In this document: piece after piece, positions 19,484 to 28,954 of the stretch
Layout: every line of letters begins with the position of its first letter
Position numbering within the stretch: position 1 is the first letter of the stretch
Assembly (NCBI GenBank): GCA_964536515.1
Contig: CAZHXI010000001.1
Location: 31,480-95,479 of the forward strand
Direction of reading: 5' to 3'
Origin: an uncultured Gammaproteobacteria bacterium
Lineage (GTDB): Bacteria; Patescibacteriota; Patescibacteriia; CAYZDG01
Length of the DNA stretch: 64,000 bases
The notes under the pieces: model-generated
Database searches by the model: none
Told to the model about the DNA's origin: nothing
Seen by the model: only the letters and a program-made list of their open reading frames with translations
Made by a program: the position numbers and the translations under genes

Positions 19484-20141
19484 GCTAAAGAGGGCTCCTG
19501 CTGCCGCCGCGCTGCCGTTCTCGTACCTGCGCGAGGGCAGCGTCATCATGCGAGACGGCAGCCTGCGCGCGGTGCTGCTGGCGTCGTCCATAAACTTCTA
19601 CCTGAAGTCTGAGACCGAGCAGAACGCTATCGTCAGCGGCTACATCGGCTTCCTCAACACGCTCAGCTTCCCGCTGCAGATCGTCATTCAGTCGCGCCGG
19701 CTGAACATAGACGGCTACCTGGCGCAGCTCGAGACTCTGGAGCGGCAGCAGACCAACGAGCTGCTGCGGCTGCAGACGGCAGACTACCGGCAGTTCGTTA
19801 AGGAGCTTCTGGAGCTGGAGGATATTATGACCAAGCGCTTCTACGTGGTCGTGCCCTACGACCCGGCGGGGGATAAGACGCGCGGCTTCATCAGCCGGCT
19901 GACATCTGCCTTCTCGGCGCCGGCTGCGGTGGCGCTGCGCGAGGAGAAGTTCCGTCGGGCCTCGGAGGAGCTATCCAAGCGGGTGGCGCTGGTGCAGAGC
20001 GGCCTGGGCCAGATCGGCATAACCACGGCGGCGCTCGACACCCCCAGCTTGATAGAGCTGTACTACCGAACCTACAACCAGGAGGTAGCCGACGTGCAGC
20101 CGCTGTCGGCCGTCGGTAAGCTGCAGGTAGATGCTTCGTAG
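19467..20141 (+). CDS. TraC/VirB4 N-terminal-like accessory protein
   Basis: SSINFYLKSETEQNAI...FLN.L.FPLQIVIQSR and FYVVVPY motifs, between PrgI and VirB4. Confidence 0.7.
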   Translation: MSPKPKLKRAPAAAALPFSYLREGSVIMRDGSLRAVLLASSINFYLKSETEQNAIVSGYIGFLNTLSFPLQIVIQSRRLNIDGYLAQLETLERQQTNELLRLQTADYRQFVKELLELEDIMTKRFYVVVPYDPAGDKTRGFISRLTSAFSAPAAVALREEKFRRASEELSKRVALVQSGLGQIGITTAALDTPSLIELYYRTYNQEVADVQPLSAVGKLQVDAS

Positions 20142-20142
20142 T

Positions 20143-22044
20143 ATGGATGACGCCCCACGCTTCACCCCCGCAGACCTCAGCCGGTCCCCTCGTCCTTCTG
20201 ACTCGGGGCAGGCTCCCTCGGTTCCGGCTCCCGAGCGTCGCCAGCAGCAGGCTGCCCAGCTGGAGGCCGAGCAGGTCTACCGCCGCGGCGTGGTCTCGGT
20301 GCGCGAGCTGCTGGCGCCGCCCAGCTTCAAGGTTGACTCCAGCTTCGTGCAGCTCGGCGGGGTCTTCGCCCGGACCCTGTTCGTCAGCGCCTACCCCCGC
20401 TACCTGACGGTGGGCTGGTTCGCCAGCGTCATCAACTACAGCGCCACGTTGGATATCGCCATCTACTTCTACCCGCTCGCCGCCGACGTGGTTCTCAAGA
20501 AGATGCGCAAGAAGGTGGGCGAGCTGGAGGCGCAGCTGTCCGAAGACAGCGAGCACGGCGCCCCGCGCGACCCCGCCCGTGAGGCAGCGGTCCGCGACCT
20601 CGAGCAGCTCCGCGACGACCTGACGCAGGGAACCGAGCGGTTCTTCCAGGTCGGGCTGTACGTTACGCTCTACGCGCCGTCGGCGGCCGAGCTCAACCGG
20701 CTAACCGAGCGTATAGAGGGCGTCATCGGCAGCCGCCTGGTCTACACCAAGCGAGCCTTCTTCCAGGCCGAGCAGGGCTTCAATAGCACGCTGCCGCTCG
20801 CCGACGACGAGCTGGGGCTGCCGCTGAACCTGAACACCTCGCCGGCAGCCGCCAGCTTCCCGTTCACCTCGGCTGACCTCACCGGCGACAGCGGCATCAT
20901 GTACGGCATCAACCGGCACAACAATAGCCTCATCATCTTCGACCGGTTCTCGCTGCAGAACGCCAACATGGTGGTGTTCGCCACGGCCGGCAGCGGCAAG
21001 AGCTACGCGGTGAAGCTAGAGATCCTGCGCAGCCTGATGCTGGGCACCGACGTCATCGTCATCGACCCCGAGATGGAGTACCGCCACCTGTGCGAGGCGG
21101 TGGGCGGCACGTACATCAACGTATCGCTTACGGCCGACACCAAGATCAACCCGTTCGACCTGCCGGCGGCGGCCCCGGGCGGCGAGACCAAGGCCTCCGA
21201 CGTCATCCTGACCGCCGTCATCGCCATCAAGGGCCTGCTGCGGCTGATGGTGGGCGGCCTGACCCCGCAGGAGGATTCGCTGCTCGACCGCGCCATCCTC
21301 GAGACGTACGCCAAGAACGACATTACCCCCAGCGCCGACCTGACCAAGGTTACCGCGCCGCTCATGTCCGACCTGGTGCAGGTGCTGGGCGGCCTCACCG
21401 GCGGCGAGAGCATTGTGCAGCGGCTGGTGAAGTACACCTCGGGCACCTTCTCGGGCCTGTTCAATGCCCCCACCAACGTGCGCCTCTCCAACCAGCTGGT
21501 CGTCTTCTCGGTCCGCGACCTGCAGGACGAGCTGCGGCCGCTCGCCATATACAACATTATCCTGTTCATTTGGAGCGTCGTGCGCAGCGAGCTGAAGAAG
21601 CGGCTGCTTGTAATCGACGAGGCCTGGTGGCTTATGCAGTATGAGGACTCAGCTCGGTTCATCTACGCCCTGGTGAAGCGCTGCCGCAAGTACTACCTGG
21701 GCATCACCACCATTACCCAGGACGTGCAGGACTTCCTCAAGTCGCCCTACGGCCCCGCCATCATCAATAACTCAGCCCTGGCGCTGCTGATGCGCCAGCA
21801 CCCCAACGCCATTAGCATGGTGCAGCAGTCCTTTTTGCTCACCGAGGGCGAGAAGTACCTGCTGCTCGAGGCGAACGTGGGCGAGGGTATATTCTTCGCC
21901 GGCAGCCGCCACGCCGCCGTTAAGGTCATGGCCTCCTACGGCGAGGACCAGCTGATTACCACCGATCCGCGCCAGCTGCTGGAGATTGAGCACGCCAAGC
22001 AGGCCTTCGCCCAGGCGCAGGATGCGGCGAAGCCTAACAGTTGA
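20143..22044 (+). CDS. VirB4-like ATPase
   Basis: Walker A ATAGSGKS, IDPEMEY, INPFD, Walker B LLVIDEAW and RKY...ITQDV.DF. Confidence 0.9.
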   Translation: MDDAPRFTPADLSRSPRPSDSGQAPSVPAPERRQQQAAQLEAEQVYRRGVVSVRELLAPPSFKVDSSFVQLGGVFARTLFVSAYPRYLTVGWFASVINYSATLDIAIYFYPLAADVVLKKMRKKVGELEAQLSEDSEHGAPRDPAREAAVRDLEQLRDDLTQGTERFFQVGLYVTLYAPSAAELNRLTERIEGVIGSRLVYTKRAFFQAEQGFNSTLPLADDELGLPLNLNTSPAAASFPFTSADLTGDSGIMYGINRHNNSLIIFDRFSLQNANMVVFATAGSGKSYAVKLEILRSLMLGTDVIVIDPEMEYRHLCEAVGGTYINVSLTADTKINPFDLPAAAPGGETKASDVILTAVIAIKGLLRLMVGGLTPQEDSLLDRAILETYAKNDITPSADLTKVTAPLMSDLVQVLGGLTGGESIVQRLVKYTSGTFSGLFNAPTNVRLSNQLVVFSVRDLQDELRPLAIYNIILFIWSVVRSELKKRLLVIDEAWWLMQYEDSARFIYALVKRCRKYYLGITTITQDVQDFLKSPYGPAIINNSALALLMRQHPNAISMVQQSFLLTEGEKYLLLEANVGEGIFFAGSRHAAVKVMASYGEDQLITTDPRQLLEIEHAKQAFAQAQDAAKPNS

Positions 22045-22056
22045 TAGACTGCAGCT

Positions 22057-22620
22057 ATGGACCGCCGCCGCATGGTGATCATCTCCGGAGCAGCCCTGCT
22101 CGCCATCGTCGCCGTGGTGCTGTGGCTGGTGCTCCGGGGTAGCCCGACCACGCCTCCGCCGGCTGGAGTAACGCCCACGACCACGCCAGAGGATACCTCC
22201 AATCTGCCGCCGCCGGTCAGCACGCCGACGACCCCCGAGCCCGACCGGACCGGGGCGGTGGTAGCGGCACGCGTCTGGGCCGAGCGGTTCGCCAGCTGGT
22301 CTAACGAGGATGGCTTCACCAACCTGCAGCAGCTGGGTAGCCAGTCGACCGCCCAGGTTCAGTCTTTCCTGGCCACCTACCGCCAGCAGCTGCAGCAGCG
22401 GTACCCGGTGGCCGATGGCTACCGCGGCGTAACCGGCCGGGCGCTCTCGCCCAAGCTAGACGCCTTCGATGCAGGCGCCGGCACGGCCCAGGTGAGCGTG
22501 GCCATGCAGCTGGCCGAGAGCACGTCTACATCGCCCACGGTGTACAACCGTACGCTGGACTTACGCCTGCTGCGCAGCGGCGAGGCGTGGCTGGTGGACT
22601 ACGTGAAGTGGGAGGAGTAA
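22057..22620 (+). CDS. Bitopic membrane protein (possibly VirB8/TcpC-like)
   Basis: N-terminal TM, Pro/Thr linker and C-terminal 'LLRSGEAWLVD' strand typical of NTF2-like folds; operon position. Confidence 0.55.
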   Translation: MDRRRMVIISGAALLAIVAVVLWLVLRGSPTTPPPAGVTPTTTPEDTSNLPPPVSTPTTPEPDRTGAVVAARVWAERFASWSNEDGFTNLQQLGSQSTAQVQSFLATYRQQLQQRYPVADGYRGVTGRALSPKLDAFDAGAGTAQVSVAMQLAESTSTSPTVYNRTLDLRLLRSGEAWLVDYVKWEE

Positions 22621-23084
22621 TGCCGACCGAGGAAGAGAAGTTAGTAGCGGATGCCGAACGGCAGCAACGTCGGCAGTCGCAGGCTGCGGCCGAGAGCGAG
22701 AAGCCCAGCGGGGCGGGCGAGGCGATCGGGGGCATAGTCGCCAAGGTTTCGCCCACGGCAGCGGCGCTCCAGTTCGCCTGGAGGTTCTACCTGCCCTCGT
22801 TCACCCTCACGTCCATCTACATTGTGCTGCACATCTTGCTGCGGTACGTATTCCAGTTCAAACTCTTCTGTCGAGCAGATGAGGGCTCTCCCCTGGGGGG
22901 AGTCGGCAAGTCGGCGGCCTCAGCGTTCGGCGCGGGTGGCGGGACGAGCGAGAAGGCTTGGATTGCCCTCGGCCTTGCCTCGGGTCTGCCGCTGGCGTTC
23001 GCCTGCGTTCTCCTGTACGCCATTGCCTACGCCATGGAGCACCCGCTATCTACGCTGTACGCGTTGCTGACCGGCAACCTATAG
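22620..23084 (+). CDS. Hypothetical membrane protein
   Basis: ATG overlaps the upstream TAA; hydrophobic segments. Confidence 0.65.
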   Translation: MPTEEEKLVADAERQQRRQSQAAAESEKPSGAGEAIGGIVAKVSPTAAALQFAWRFYLPSFTLTSIYIVLHILLRYVFQFKLFCRADEGSPLGGVGKSAASAFGAGGGTSEKAWIALGLASGLPLAFACVLLYAIAYAMEHPLSTLYALLTGNL

Positions 23085-23120
23085 CGAGACGGCGCTCGGG
23101 CTTTACGCTACACTAATTCC

Positions 23121-24299
23121 ATGTCAAACCTGCGGCGGATTCTGCTCTCACTGGCGTTGCTGGCCGCAGCTGGAGCCATGGGCTTCGGCCTCTACTGGCT
23201 CTTCTTCCGCGTGCCTACGCCCTCGCCGGTAACGCCGCCCCCCGGCGCCGGCGGAGGACAGTTCCCGCCGTCGGGGCAGGGCGGCGGAGGCACGGCCGCT
23301 ACCGGCACCGGCCGGTTCCCCATTACCCCGGCCGACGGCGTCGGGCCGTACGTTACAGCTAGCACCACGGATGGCGTAGCCGGCGCCGTAGCTGCCCCGG
23401 ACGGTAGCATCCGCTACTACGATTCCATCCGCAAGCAATTCGTTAACCTAGCTGCCGACGGCAGCATTCAGCCGCTCTCGCCCGACCGATTCTTCGGCGT
23501 CTCCGACGTTACCTGGGCGCCCGGCAATTCTCGCGCGGTCGTGGCCTACCCGGACGGCAGCAAGGTGCTGTACGATTTCGCCACCCAGCAGCAGTCCACC
23601 CTGCCGCGTGCCATGCAGGACGTCTCCTTTGACCCCTCCGGCACCAAGCTAGCTAGCCTGTACCTCGGCTCGACCAAGGAGGAGCAGTGGCTGGTAACCT
23701 CCAACGCCGACGGCAGCCAGATTCAGCTGGTGGAGCCGGTCGGCGGAAAGGTGAACAACTTCAAGCCCAGCTGGTCGCCGAGCGGCCAGATTGTGGGGCT
23801 GTTCGCCGAGGCGGTAGACGGCGAGCGTCAGGAGGTGGTGCCCATCGGCCGTAACGGCGAGAACTTCCGCTCATTCGTGGCGCCCGGCCGCGGATTCACC
23901 GCCGAGTGGTCGCCCTCGGGCGAGCGTATCCTCTACAGCGTGTTCAACTCGGCTAGCCAGGGCCGGCCCGAGCTGTACCTAGCCGACGGCCGCGCCGATA
24001 CCTTCGGCGCGAACAGCACCAGCCTGGGGCTATCTACCTCTGCCGACTGGTGCTCATTCTCGGGAGGCAGCGTGTACTGCGCGGCGCTCGACACACCGCC
24101 GGCCCTGCTGGGTTCGTACCCCGAGCTGGCGCAGGGGCAGGCGTCGTCGCTGTGGCGAATAGACCTAGCCAGCGGCCAGCGCACCCGGGTCGCCCAGCTG
24201 CCGCAGGGCTTTACCCCCAGCCGGGTAACCGCCGACGCCGGCGGCGTGTACGTAGCCGACCAGTCTACCGGACGTCTCTATGCTGCGCCGACGCGGTAG
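23121..24299 (+). CDS. Membrane-anchored beta-propeller (TolB/PD40-like) protein
   Basis: N-terminal TM; WAPG, FDPSG and two WSPSG blade motifs. Confidence 0.75.
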   Translation: MSNLRRILLSLALLAAAGAMGFGLYWLFFRVPTPSPVTPPPGAGGGQFPPSGQGGGGTAATGTGRFPITPADGVGPYVTASTTDGVAGAVAAPDGSIRYYDSIRKQFVNLAADGSIQPLSPDRFFGVSDVTWAPGNSRAVVAYPDGSKVLYDFATQQQSTLPRAMQDVSFDPSGTKLASLYLGSTKEEQWLVTSNADGSQIQLVEPVGGKVNNFKPSWSPSGQIVGLFAEAVDGERQEVVPIGRNGENFRSFVAPGRGFTAEWSPSGERILYSVFNSASQGRPELYLADGRADTFGANSTSLGLSTSADWCSFSGGSVYCAALDTPPALLGSYPELAQGQASSLWRIDLASGQRTRVAQLPQGFTPSRVTADAGGVYVADQSTGRLYAAPTR

Positions 24300-25365
24300 C
24301 CTGCTCTTGCTCGCCGCGCTCGCCACGCTGGCGGTAGCCGTGGGCACATCCGCCGTGGCAACGGCGCAGACTTCGGGCCCGAGCAACAGCAGCGGCCAGG
24401 TTGAATTCTGGCCCAGCATCTACTTCCCGGGGCTGGAGCAGATCGAGGGCGTTAGGCAGGATACTGCGACGGGGCGGTACTCCGTAACCGTTACGCCAAC
24501 TACCCTCGGCGAGTACATCGTTGCGCTGTACAAGTTCTTCACCGGGGCAACGGCCATCGTGGCCATGTTCATGGTTACCTACGGAGGGCTGCTGTGGCTC
24601 CTCGCCGGCGGCAACCAGGGCAGCATCAGCCACGCCAAGGAGGTCATTACCGGGGCTATCGCCGGCATGGTCATTGCGCTGCTGTCGTACGCGCTGCTGG
24701 CTACCATCAGCCGGGGGCTGGTGGAGTTCAAGAGCCTAGACACCAGGCTGGAGGCGAGGCTGGGGCAGGATAGTACCTCGTCCGGCCCAGACCTGGGCTG
24801 CGCGAATCCGCAGTTCCAGGACATCATCACCACGGACGCCATAGACGCTACCAGCGGCGGCGCCTCGTTTACCTGCGCCAACATCGGCGCAGTCGAGTCG
24901 CTGGTGGTTGCGGCGCAGAATACCTTCGATCAGACGAATAGACGGGTGCTGCTGACCAGCGCCTACAGGTCTCGTACCAGGCAGGAGCAGCTCTACGATG
25001 AGAACACGCGCAATAGCGCCTGCCGTCGAGACCACCCCGCAGACTGGAAGACCCAGTGCGGCTCGGGCGACGCCACCCCGCCCACCTGTAACCCGTGGCT
25101 ATCTCGGGGCTGCCCCCACACCACCGGCTACGCCCTAGACGTCCGCTGCTCTGGGCAGCCTGAGTACGGCGAGTGCCAGCTCGCCCTGGAGCAGAGCATG
25201 ATCGAGCAGGGTTTCTGTAGGCTGGCGAATGAGACCTGGCACTTCGAGAAGCCTCCGGTCTCATCCAACTGCGTCGGCGGCCCCGTTGACGGCACCGGCT
25301 ACCGCAGCGGCTGCCCCACTTGCTGCAATAGTTTGACCAACGAGCACTGCGAGGGAAGAGAGTGA
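24280..25365 (+). CDS. TrbC/VirB2-like pilin domain fused to an M15 (VanY-like) Zn peptidase
   Basis: Signal peptide; YGGLLWLLAGGNQGSISHAKEVITGAIAG pilin motif; SAYRS..Q, H..G.A.D and E.WHF peptidase motifs. Confidence 0.8.
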   Translation: MLRRRGSLLLLAALATLAVAVGTSAVATAQTSGPSNSSGQVEFWPSIYFPGLEQIEGVRQDTATGRYSVTVTPTTLGEYIVALYKFFTGATAIVAMFMVTYGGLLWLLAGGNQGSISHAKEVITGAIAGMVIALLSYALLATISRGLVEFKSLDTRLEARLGQDSTSSGPDLGCANPQFQDIITTDAIDATSGGASFTCANIGAVESLVVAAQNTFDQTNRRVLLTSAYRSRTRQEQLYDENTRNSACRRDHPADWKTQCGSGDATPPTCNPWLSRGCPHTTGYALDVRCSGQPEYGECQLALEQSMIEQGFCRLANETWHFEKPPVSSNCVGGPVDGTGYRSGCPTCCNSLTNEHCEGRE

Positions 25366-25393
25366 AGCCGGTAGCGCTCTGGAATAAAGAAGA

Positions 25394-25416
25394 GCAGCGG
25401 CCGTTGGGCCGCTGCT
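25394..25416. terminator. Hairpin terminator between convergent genes
   Basis: GCAGCGGCC-GTTG-GGCCGCTGC. Confidence 0.7.
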
Positions 25417-25421
25417 GTTCG

Positions 25422-25868
25422 TTACTTCTGCTTCGTTACTACACGCTGGGGTACAGCATTGCGCTGCATATTCCAGGCGCTGGTCATGCTCGTATCGACG
25501 AAGATTTTTGAGTGGGGACCCAGGTGGTCACGGTGCACTAGGCACCTGTTGCATGCGTCCCTGTCGGTTGCCACAACGGCAAAGTCGTGGTCTTCTCCAT
25601 CGTCAGATGAGACACGGACCACGCCAATGCACTGTAGCGTGCTGCCGTATTGCTCGCAGAGTTCGGCGAGTTCACGTGGCGACTGGGGCGAGGGGTGCGT
25701 AATGTTCACGGTTAGCCTGCTGTCGCGGACCACGTGCTCTCGCAGCTCTCCCCTCGGGGTTGGCAGCGCCTCATTGATGCGAACCTGACTGACGCCCGCC
25801 CCAAATAGGCGAGTTCGTACGAAGCTTTGCAGCCCCTCTCCTGGGGCCACTGGAATGAAAGAATCCAT
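25422..25868 (-). CDS. Hypothetical protein (lower-GC accessory gene)
   Basis: ORF with start MDSFIP at 25868 after an A-rich leader; upstream TTGACA at 26190-26185; downstream hairpin. Confidence 0.6.
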   Translation of the reverse strand: MDSFIPVAPGEGLQSFVRTRLFGAGVSQVRINEALPTPRGELREHVVRDSRLTVNITHPSPQSPRELAELCEQYGSTLQCIGVVRVSSDDGEDHDFAVVATDRDACNRCLVHRDHLGPHSKIFVDTSMTSAWNMQRNAVPQRVVTKQK

Positions 25869-26193
25869 TTTTTCTGCTCGGTTTTTTGTTTTTCGGTTTT
25901 GAAAATCGAGATAGTTTCCGCCACCTTTCCGTTGGCGGTTTAGTTTCGGGTTATATATTTGAAGTCTTGTAGGGGTTAATTTTGGGTCGGCCGGGGCGCC
26001 GGGCAGCGGAACCGAAAACCGCTGCCCGGTGCTGGCGGCGCACGGAAAACTCGATGGCGTTTGTAGCTTTCGCGGCGAACACGGCACAGCGTGCTCCCGA
26101 CCGACCCTTAGTGAGTTGAACTCAGATCATTCCCTTAGGAATTCAATGAGCTTACGCCAGGATAGTGCTACTAAGCTTAAGAAATGTCAAGCC

Positions 26194-28293
26194 TCATTCG
26201 AGGTGGCTGGTCGTCTCTAGCCGCTGCAATGCTGTGGCCAGCAGGGGGCTACGGGCTAGGCTGGGGTCATTCGCCAGCAGGGCCTCGGCTTCGGCCGCTG
26301 CGGCGCGGACCAGCTCCTGGTCTGCCAGGCTGGCAACCTTCAGCTGGGCCATCTGCCCGGACTGCTCGGTGCCCAGCAGCTGCCCTGGCCCGCGGATCTG
26401 CAGGTCTGCCTCGGCGAGGGCGAAGCCGTCGTCGTAGCGTTCCAGCAGCAGCAGGCGCTGCAGCGCATCTGGCCTTCCCGTTTCGCACAGTAGGTAGCAG
26501 CTGCTGGCGTGCTGCCCGCGTCCAATGCGTCCGCGTAGCTGGTGGAGCTGGGCTAGGCCGAACCGCTCGGCGCCCTCAATCGCCACGAGCGTCGCATTGG
26601 GTACGTCCACGCCTACCTCGATGACCGTGGTCGTTACCAGTACGTCCAATTCTCCGGCGGCGAACTGCCGCATGGCCTCGGACTTCTGCTTGGGGCGTAG
26701 CTGGCCGTGCAGCAGGCCCAGCCGTAGGCCGGATAGGGGGCCGTCGCGTAGCCGCTCGAACTCCGTGGTCGCCGCGCGCACGCCCATGGTGTCTGTCTCT
26801 GCCACCCTGGGGCAGACGATGAAGGCTTGGCGCCCAGCCGCCACCTCGCGACGGATGGCGGCGTACAGGTCGTCTCGTCGGTGGGGCGGCAGCACGTGCG
26901 TGGCGATCGGCGTGCGGCCCGCCGGCTTCTGCCGCAGCGTGGAGCACTCCAGCTGGCCGTACAGCAGCAGGGCGAGGGTGCGGGGGATGGGGGTGGCCGT
27001 CATGGTCAGCAGGTGGGGTGTTAGCCCATCCGCGTGCTGGCGCAGCGCAGCCCGCTGGTTAACGCCGAAGCGGTGCTGCTCGTCTACCACCACCAGCGCC
27101 AGCCTATCCAGCGGTACGCCCTCGCCTAGTAGCGCGTGGGTGCCGACGGCGATGGAGACCTTGCCCTGCTTCAGCCGCTTAGCTACGTCCGCCTTGGTCC
27201 CGACGTAGCTCTGCCCGCCCCGCTCAGCGGGGTCTCCGTCCCACCACTCACGCCGCGTCGCCGTCAGCAGGCATACGCCAACGTTCTGTCCAGCTAGCAC
27301 CTTGGTCAGCGTAGCCCAGTGCTGCTCGGCCAGGACCGCGGTGGGGGCCAGCAGGCAGGCCTGGAATCCAGCCTTGGCTGCAGCCAGGCAGGCGATTGCT
27401 GCCACGGCTGTCTTGCCCGAACCCACGTCGCCCTGCAGCAGCCGCTGCATCGCCTGGGGCTCGGCCATGTCCTTGAGTATCTGCCACGCGGCGGACCGCT
27501 GGTCGTCCGTAAGCTTGAAGGGTAGGCCGGCTACCATCTGCTGGACGGCGGGTATATCTGCATCTACGGAGGGGGCTGTGGCGCCACGGCTAGCCGCCAG
27601 CGCCATGCGGCCGCGTAGCGACAGCAGCAGCAGCTCGTCGAACGCCAGGCGGCGGCGCGCCGTTTCCAGCTGCTCGGCGCTATCGGGGAAGTGGTACCAG
27701 CGGACGGCGTCCCCCCGGGGGGCGAGCTCGCGCTGCTTTCGGATGCTCTCGGGCAGGGGGTCTGGCAGGTTGGCGGCGAGGGCAATTGCCTCGCTCACCA
27801 GGAACCGCAGCTGCTTCTGCGACGCTCCGTCCGTTGCCGGGTACACGGGAACCAGCCGGCTGGTGTGCGTGGGCGGCCGGTCGTCCGTCAGCCGTTCGTA
27901 CGTAGGGCTGGCCATGGAGAGCTGCAGCGTATTCCCGTCCACCCTTCCCGCCAGCGACACCTTCGTCCCGGGCGTAAGGATCTTGGCGACGTACGGCTGG
28001 TGGAACCAGGCTACCTTGAGCTGCCCCGTGTCGTCCGCTACCACGGCTTCGGTTACCACCATGCGTCGCCGGAACGAGCGGCGGCTGGCGATGAGCTCCA
28101 CCCGGCCGTGGACCGTAGCCGTTTCACCGGGGACGAGCTCGGCTATTGGCACCACCCGGGTGAGGTCGTCGTGGCGTACCGGCAGGTGGTTCAGCAGGTC
28201 GGCCGCGGTGCGTAGACCCAGCCTAGCCAGGGCGGCTCCGGCAGACTTTCCTATGCGGCCCATGCCGACGATTGGGGTGTCTAGGGTTAGCAT
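26194..28293 (-). CDS. recG: ATP-dependent DNA helicase RecG
   Basis: LQGDVGSGKT, DEQHRFG, MTATPIPRTL, QLHQLRGRIGRG and RGPG...G.EQSG. Confidence 0.97.
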   Translation of the reverse strand: MLTLDTPIVGMGRIGKSAGAALARLGLRTAADLLNHLPVRHDDLTRVVPIAELVPGETATVHGRVELIASRRSFRRRMVVTEAVVADDTGQLKVAWFHQPYVAKILTPGTKVSLAGRVDGNTLQLSMASPTYERLTDDRPPTHTSRLVPVYPATDGASQKQLRFLVSEAIALAANLPDPLPESIRKQRELAPRGDAVRWYHFPDSAEQLETARRRLAFDELLLLSLRGRMALAASRGATAPSVDADIPAVQQMVAGLPFKLTDDQRSAAWQILKDMAEPQAMQRLLQGDVGSGKTAVAAIACLAAAKAGFQACLLAPTAVLAEQHWATLTKVLAGQNVGVCLLTATRREWWDGDPAERGGQSYVGTKADVAKRLKQGKVSIAVGTHALLGEGVPLDRLALVVVDEQHRFGVNQRAALRQHADGLTPHLLTMTATPIPRTLALLLYGQLECSTLRQKPAGRTPIATHVLPPHRRDDLYAAIRREVAAGRQAFIVCPRVAETDTMGVRAATTEFERLRDGPLSGLRLGLLHGQLRPKQKSEAMRQFAAGELDVLVTTTVIEVGVDVPNATLVAIEGAERFGLAQLHQLRGRIGRGQHASSCYLLCETGRPDALQRLLLLERYDDGFALAEADLQIRGPGQLLGTEQSGQMAQLKVASLADQELVRAAAAEAEALLANDPSLARSPLLATALQRLETTSHLE

Positions 28294-28361
28294 GGGATGG
28301 GGGCTCGATTCTTGTTATAGTACGGGTATAAATCGTCGTGTCCAAGCTTAACCGGCAACCT

Positions 28362-28952
28362 ATGTACGAACCCAAGCCGCTGCCCCACGGTACCCAGCTC
28401 GAGGGCATATCCGAGAAGACCCATACCATCCACCACGGCAAGCTGTACACCGGCTACGTGAACAAGAGGAACGAGATCGTGGATAAGCTGAAGGCGGTAG
28501 ACCTGGGCGGCGCCAACGCTACCTACAGCGAGCTGCGTAGCCTGAAGGCAGAGGAGACGTTCGCCGCCAACGGCGTGGTGCTGCACGAGGTGTTCTTCGA
28601 CGTCGTGGGCGAGCCGGGCGGCGAGGCGCCGCAGCTGCAGGCCAGGCTAGCTGCAGACTTCGGGTCGCTAGAGAGCTGGCAGCAGCTGTTCGCCGCCTGC
28701 GGCATGGCTGCGCGCGGCTGGGTGGTGCTGGCCTGGGATACGAACGACGGCAAGCTGGCGGTGTACACCGGCGACGCCCACAACCAGGGCGGCGTCTGGG
28801 GCTGCATCCCCATCGTTACGTTGGACGTGTACGAGCACGCCTACTTCATAGACTTTGGCAGCGACCGCAAGGCCTACCTGGAGGCGTTCTGGAAGAACTT
28901 TAATTGGGCTGCCGCCGAGCGTAGGTTCCTGGCGGCGACTAACGCAGCGTAA
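28362..28952 (+). CDS. sod: Fe/Mn superoxide dismutase
   Basis: HH..LY.GYV, LHE.FF and DVYEHAY motifs. Confidence 0.92.
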   Translation: MYEPKPLPHGTQLEGISEKTHTIHHGKLYTGYVNKRNEIVDKLKAVDLGGANATYSELRSLKAEETFAANGVVLHEVFFDVVGEPGGEAPQLQARLAADFGSLESWQQLFAACGMAARGWVVLAWDTNDGKLAVYTGDAHNQGGVWGCIPIVTLDVYEHAYFIDFGSDRKAYLEAFWKNFNWAAAERRFLAATNAA

Positions 28953-28954
28953 GT

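Noticed and set aside
17910-25365. Integrative conjugative element or prophage
   Set aside because: No integrase, relaxase, coupling protein, att repeats or phage structural genes are visible, and codon usage is native.
26120-26150. c-di-AMP (ydaO) riboswitch suggested by UGAAUUCCUAAGGGA
   Set aside because: The remaining conserved ydaO elements are absent.
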